Part shown: positions 58,620-64,000 of the stretch, piece after piece
How positions within the stretch are numbered: position 1 is the stretch's first letter
Layout of the letters: every line of letters starts with the position of its first letter
DNA from: Marsupella aquatica
Taxonomy: Eukaryota; Plantae; Marchantiophyta
Reading direction: 5' to 3'
Length of the DNA stretch: 64,000 nt
Assembly: GCA_973895155.1 (NCBI GenBank)
Contig: OZ316899.1
Location: 310,001 to 374,000 of the forward strand
The notes under the pieces: model-generated
Told to the model about the DNA's origin: nothing
What the model saw: only the letters and a program-made list of their open reading frames with translations
Databases searched by the model: none
Position numbers and translations under genes: made by a program

Positions 58620-59529
58620 CAGCGGAGTAGGAATAGATTAGGATTAGGACTAGCTTAGTCAGGCTCTTGGGACAGGCACCTGCCTTAGGTACAGCAGCGC
58701 TGCCGTGCTGTCCAGCCTGCGTAGATTAGGATCTTCTAATAAGACACAGCCGTTTTCCGGCCTGACTGTCAGCTTAGTTAGGACCTTAGTCAGCGAATCT
58801 TCGGCGAGAGGACACCCGGTCCCTTGTCCCTTAGTATTTAGTGCACCCCTCGGTAGAGGCAGGGGGGGTTTTTAGTTGCAGAGTTGGGTGTCCGCGGTAT
58901 GTGCGGGGAGTCCTGACCTCTGGGAATGAAAGAGTACCAAGGGGAGGGGGTAGGACTAAGCTCGTCGGGCGAGTGCGGAGCCGGGCTCCGTTGTAGTGTG
59001 CACCCTCGGCCTTGAACCTGTTCATTCTGGGGCTGTCGGGTCAACTAAGTGTACGCATATGTTCCCTTTGTAGTAAAATCCTTTCCCATCATTTTCCTTC
59101 GTGTAAATCGAGATTGTATGTATGTGCGCGTGTATGTGTGTGGGTTTCTCGTATATGGGTGGCAGCGCCAGGCCGAACGCACTACCCGAGATGTGCACAG
59201 GGTGCAGCCTGCGGGTAAGTGGTTGCGAGCACGGGTTGAGGACCTGTATCATCGAATCCGGATTGAAGGCGGACAGCACGAAGGCTTAGAAGCCCTTAAG
59301 CCGGGGTCGATCCTACTATCGACTAAGGTACGTTCCGGCGGTGGAACACAAACCATACCTAGGAGGTGTCCGTATTTAGCAGTATGCGCACTTAGCGCTA
59401 GTTTACGAGAATAAGGTGCATTACGTGCTTCCCTTCCTGCCCGAACCCTCAGATTTACGAGGGATGTGCCCGTCTAAGCTGAAGTCTGAGTTAAGGCCGC
59501 AGCCGATGACGTGACATAGCCTTTGTTTT

Positions 59530-59548
59530 TGGCGCTAGATGGAGGGGG
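59530..59548 (+). promoter_or_regulatory. Primer-binding site, probably tRNA-Asn(GUU)
   Basis: TGGCGCTAGATGGAGGGGG, identical to 14672-14690, about 90 nt before the gag ATG. Confidence 0.72.
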
Positions 59549-59640
59549 CACTCTACATATCATAGAGGGGAGACATGTGCGTATTCACCTAGGCAGGATA
59601 CATCAGGACGTAGTACTAACCATCGCATTTATATGAGTAA

Positions 59641-62600
59641 ATGCCCGTCACTCGTTCTCAAGCAGCTTACTTGAGGAGATTGACCAGCGAACGAGAAAGT
59701 GCAACCACGACAAGTTCCGATTCTTCGGACTCGGAAGACTCGCACTCGCCCCGACGTATGAACATACCCCCGGGACCTTTGGGGTCCGGTTCGACCGGTC
59801 CTCCTGCGGTTCCACTGCCACCACCACCACCACCACCACCTATGGCAGCCGCTCCACCGATGGCCCGCGCTGCTCAAGCTCCTCCACAAATATCGCAACG
59901 ATCGCGATTTCATTATGACCTTTCAAGGGGCGTCATGGGGATGATCTGGATGAATGGTTGGATGAGTTTGAAGCCACTGCTAAAGCTAATGGGGAAGACG
60001 CCATTAAGCTAACCGTCCTCCCGGGAGTGATGCGGGGAGAAGCTCGTCCATGGTATAACTTGTTGCCACCCGGGACTACATGGGCACAATTCCAAGCTGC
60101 ATTGCTGCAGGAGTTTCGTGCCATTGGATCGGAACAACGTTCTCTATTAAAGATTGGCCAGCTTCGCATGGGAAAGAAGGAGTCCCTGCGGAGTTCATTC
60201 AGACGAGTGAAGAAGGAGGGGAAGATCAAACCCCGGGCGCGAAGAACGATGCCAGATCCAAAGGCTGCCAAAGCAGACAAGCTGAACGAAATCACGGATC
60301 GACTCAAAGCACTGTCAGTACATCTTGCGGAAAAGCCGGTGGAGAAGAAGAAGCCATCTGAGATTCGAGCCCATGCGTGGTGTTCAAAGTGCTTCCAATC
60401 CGGCCATGTGGTGCAGGAATGCCCAAGGTGGAAGAATCGAGTTCACCAAGTAGAGCTGGATGATGTTGACAACCCAGGTCCCGAATCGGAGTCCACGGAG
60501 TATTTCTTTGAGGACCCTCCTGATTCCGTGTACCAGATTTCAACAGTAGGTCCGCGTAATTTAGCGGGTAGAACTGCGTACCCCTACCCAAACAATGGCC
60601 GGAGTTTCCAGGTTATCAGTAACCCGAGCATCCCTCCTAAGCCAGGGATTTGGCGATCCCTGGTTTGTTAGAACTGTGAAAAGCCAGGACACTTTGCAAG
60701 GGAATGCACCAAACCAAGACGTCAGGGAGATGGCCGAGGCACCCCACTATGTCAAGTCTGCAAAACGGAGGCTCATTCCATGGCCAACTGTCCGTTGGTA
60801 ATCGCTGCTCGAACGAGCGCAGCTAGACCGGCCCAGGCTGGACCGGCCATGAGCGATGCAGTCGTCCAAATGATTGCTGTAGAATGGCAAGATGACAACA
60901 CCGAGTGGGTGAATTTGGTGGACGTAGCAGAGCACCCTGATCCATTGGATGAGGCCGAGTGCTACCGAGTGTCGACAAGGGCCGAACGGAAGGAAGAGAA
61001 GACGGAGGAGAAACGAAGGAAAAAGCAAGATACTACTCCGGTGCAGCCAGCGATAGATATACCCCCAGAGAAGGACGATGACTACCGACGGGATGACCCG
61101 AAGCTATATTTCCCCCGCATCGAAGAATTGGTAAAGAAACAGCTGGAGGCCTACGAAGCTCGGGAATACCAGAAGGCAATCGATAAGGACATCAAAGCAG
61201 CCGAGACCGCCCGGCGCCAAGAGCAAGAGGAGCAAGAAAAGCAAGAGGAAGCCAAGCTGCAGCCGAAAGAGGATAAAAAGGAGAACTACGATATTAAGGA
61301 AGACGTGAAGAGTTGCCCGGTTACAGCGACGGTGGGGCAACTGCTGCAGAACAACCCACAGTACAGACGGCAACTAAGGGAGTTGCTCATGGGTCGCCAA
61401 AGGAGGAGACTACCCCAAGTTGGGATCGCGGACTGCAACATGATATGCGAGGACCTTGGAGCGCCGGACATCTCGATCGAAATTAATAATTGTACCATCA
61501 AGATGGTTCTTGTAGACGGAGGAGCGGGAGTCAACATCATGACTGAAGAAACGTCAGTCAAGTTAGGATACCTCACGTATCAACCCACAGCCCGAGCTAT
61601 CAGATTAGCAAACGGGGCAAGGGTCCTCCCATTAGGCACGCTCACACGAGTGCTCACTCTGGTGGGAGGGGTGGAGTTCTATCTCAACTTCCTAGTTATG
61701 AGGCCGGTTCGTCCCTCCTCTTACCCGGTTCTTCTGGGCAGGCCATGGCTGTATGGTGGCCGCGTAGTCACGGATTGGGGAAAGAAGGAGCTACGGTTCG
61801 GGGAACCCACCGTACGGGTATCATGGCAATGGATGATTATCAAGGAGAAACCCCACAAGGACCCGAGGAATATGATTCGGAGACCTCGGAGGAAGAGGAA
61901 CTCAATATGATTGAACTCATCTCGTCCCTCTCCGAGGAAGATGTCTTCGGAGTTGAAACAACCCGCGAAACACATCTCCTAAATTACCTGAGGGCTGCCA
62001 TTGAGTCCACCCCAAGCACATCTACTGTCGGGGATGAGGAAACGCACGAACAACTCGTCGAGACGGAGGACACGGCTCCAGCTAAGCAGGGAGCCGAGGC
62101 TGCTTCTACCGTTGCAGAGCCTCGTGACCACGAACCAGCCCAACAACCACCCGAGGCCGAAAACTCGAGACCGAGGCATAAGAAACGAGTCTCATGGGAT
62201 CCGTCCATTCCGCAATTGGAGGAAGAAACTCCAATCCCGAGACCAATCCCGGTTCCACCCATGTACGGAGGAGTTCGGCTAGCTGAGCTTGATGCGAGCC
62301 TGGACCCGAGCCTGCGAAACCAGGTTGAAGTCATCAGGAAGGAGCACTACCGAAAGTACACCATTGGGATGGACAAATCTTTTAACCTGGGCCACGCTCT
62401 GACAGGGGAGGCTGAAAAATCCATCCAAGCTTTGCTCAAGGAATATGAAGATGTGTTTGCATGGAGTCATCATGATTTAACAGGCGTCTCCCCCGAGTTG
62501 GGAGAACACACGATCGATCTGAACCTAGGAGCCCATGCGGTACGGCAGCGACAACGTCGCATGAACCCGAGGTACTCCATCTTAGTGAAGGAGGAAATTG

Positions 62601-64000
62601 ATCGTCTCCTCACCGCCGATATCATCTACCCAGTAATGGCCAGCGACTGGGTCTCTCCCATTGTCATTGTACCAAAGAAGGGAGGTACGGATGGGAAACC
62701 TAAGATTCGTATTTGTCAGGACTACCGTAAGCTGAACGACGCAACCCGAAAAGACCATTACCCATTACCATTCACGGATATGGTTCTAGATATGGTAGCC
62801 TGAAATGAAATCTATACATTTCTTGACGGGTATTCAGGTTATAACCAAATCTGGATTCGCCTCACGGATCAGCTCAAAACAACTTTCACTACGGAGTGGG
62901 GGACTTTTGCATTTCGGAGGATGCCTTTCGGTCTGTGTAATGCCCCGGCCATGTTTCAGCGCCTGATGATGAATATCTTCCACGATTTCCTACGGGAATT
63001 TCTGGAGATATTTATCGATGACTTTGCCATCTTCGGAACCGTTGCCATGCACCCCGAACACCTAAGACGAATGTTGCAACGATGCCGAGATGTTAACCTC
63101 AAACTACATCCCGCCAAATGCTTCTTCGGGGTAGAGGAGGGGGTGTTACTCGGGCATCGTGTGTCCAAACGGGGCATTGAGGTGGACCAAGAGAAAGTTG
63201 CGGCCTGGATGGTAGTGGTGTTCCCCGTGGATCAAAAAGCAGTACGATCCTTCTTGGGCTGCGTAGGGTATTACCGTCGGTCCATTAAAGATTTTGCTAA
63301 AATAGCTTTGCCCCTAACAGAGATGATGAAAAAGGATGCGGTGATCGAGGAGACCCCAAGGAGACGGGTTGCTTTCAAAGAACTCCGTAAAAGACTCACC
63401 ACCGCACCTATCATGGTCACTCCAGACTGGAACAAGGAGTTCCACGTGTATGTCGACGTGTCAGGCTTCTGTATCGGGTCTGTGCTTAGTCAGCTTGATA
63501 CAGACGGACGCGATCACCCCATCTACTTCGCTAGCCGTCAATTATTCACAACCGAAAAAAATTATTCCCCCATGGATCGAGAGGCACTGGGCATAATCTA
63601 CTCATGTAAGAAGTTCCGGCACTATCTGCTCGGCTACAAGGTCATCTTCCACACGAATCATGACAGCCTGAAGTACATGGTCAACAAAGCAGACGTAACG
63701 GGACGGATAGCCCGTTGGGTGCTACTTCTCCAGGAATTTAACTACGAAGTTTGGGTTCGGCCAGGAAAGGCACACCTCAATGTCGACTTCTTTTCATGGT
63801 TGGACGGCGTACCAGTCGATCAGCCAATTGATGATATTTTTCCGGATGAGGAGTTGTTCCACGTAGGGGAGGGGACACCAACGTGGTACGGCTCGATAAT
63901 CACCTTCCTTTTAACAGGCCGCATCCCTGACGGCATCAATCAGGAGGCCGCCGCTGTGTTTTTACGGAAAGCCGGGCCTTACGTCATGATACAGGGTCAC
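59641..64000 (+). pseudogene. Gypsy gag-protease-RT-RNase H (frameshifts near 59920 and 61825; stops at 60669 and 62801)
   Basis: Three zinc knuckles (CSKC..SGH...C, C*NCEKPGHFAREC, CQVC...H...C); VLVDGGAGVN protease; RICQDYRKLN, FLDGYSGYNQI, MPFGLCNAP, FIDD RT; YVDVS..IGSVLSQ, E.EALGI RNase H; DIFPDEELF..WY linker as in Athila-type pol. Confidence 0.93.

Larger units (their letters stand above)
55510..64000 (+). mobile_element. Athila-like Ty3/gypsy element, running off the window; putative 5' LTR 55510-59516
   Basis: Starts TGTGACG exactly where the CACTA-2 DUF4216 frame breaks (candidate TSD CCTAG, 55505-55509). CGTGACA at 59510-59516, PBS at 59530, then gag-pol. Confidence 0.88.

Overview
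Land-plant nuclear DNA (TTTAGGG-type repeats, spliceosomal introns; a non-seed plant is my low-confidence guess). It holds one recognisable host gene (SHOU4/At1g16860-family membrane protein, minus strand, 3596-6268), a putative short-intron gene downstream of it, and about 57 kb of nested transposons. Boundaries resolved by eye: a full-length 10.9-kb CACTA element (19543-30409, TSD AAT) inserted in a LINE ORF1; a second, divergent CACTA element (about 39830-55509) interrupted by a 5.4-kb TG...CA insert (40435-45854, TSD TACCC), a very young Bianca-like copia (47053-52543, TSD AGAAC) and an Athila-like gypsy element (55510 to window end); a decayed Sola-type (DUF7869-like) transposase; and RLE-type and L1 fragments. 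Two candidate systems stand out. (1) Both CACTA elements carry a stand-alone SET-domain (lysine methyltransferase-like) gene directly upstream of, and co-oriented with, the transposase. (2) A gypsy group appears to carry a long protein-coding ORF inside 4-5.4 kb LTRs, upstream of the PBS, so that even an apparent solo LTR keeps the ORF. All domain calls come from motif recognition by eye; no database search was run, so novelty is unverified.
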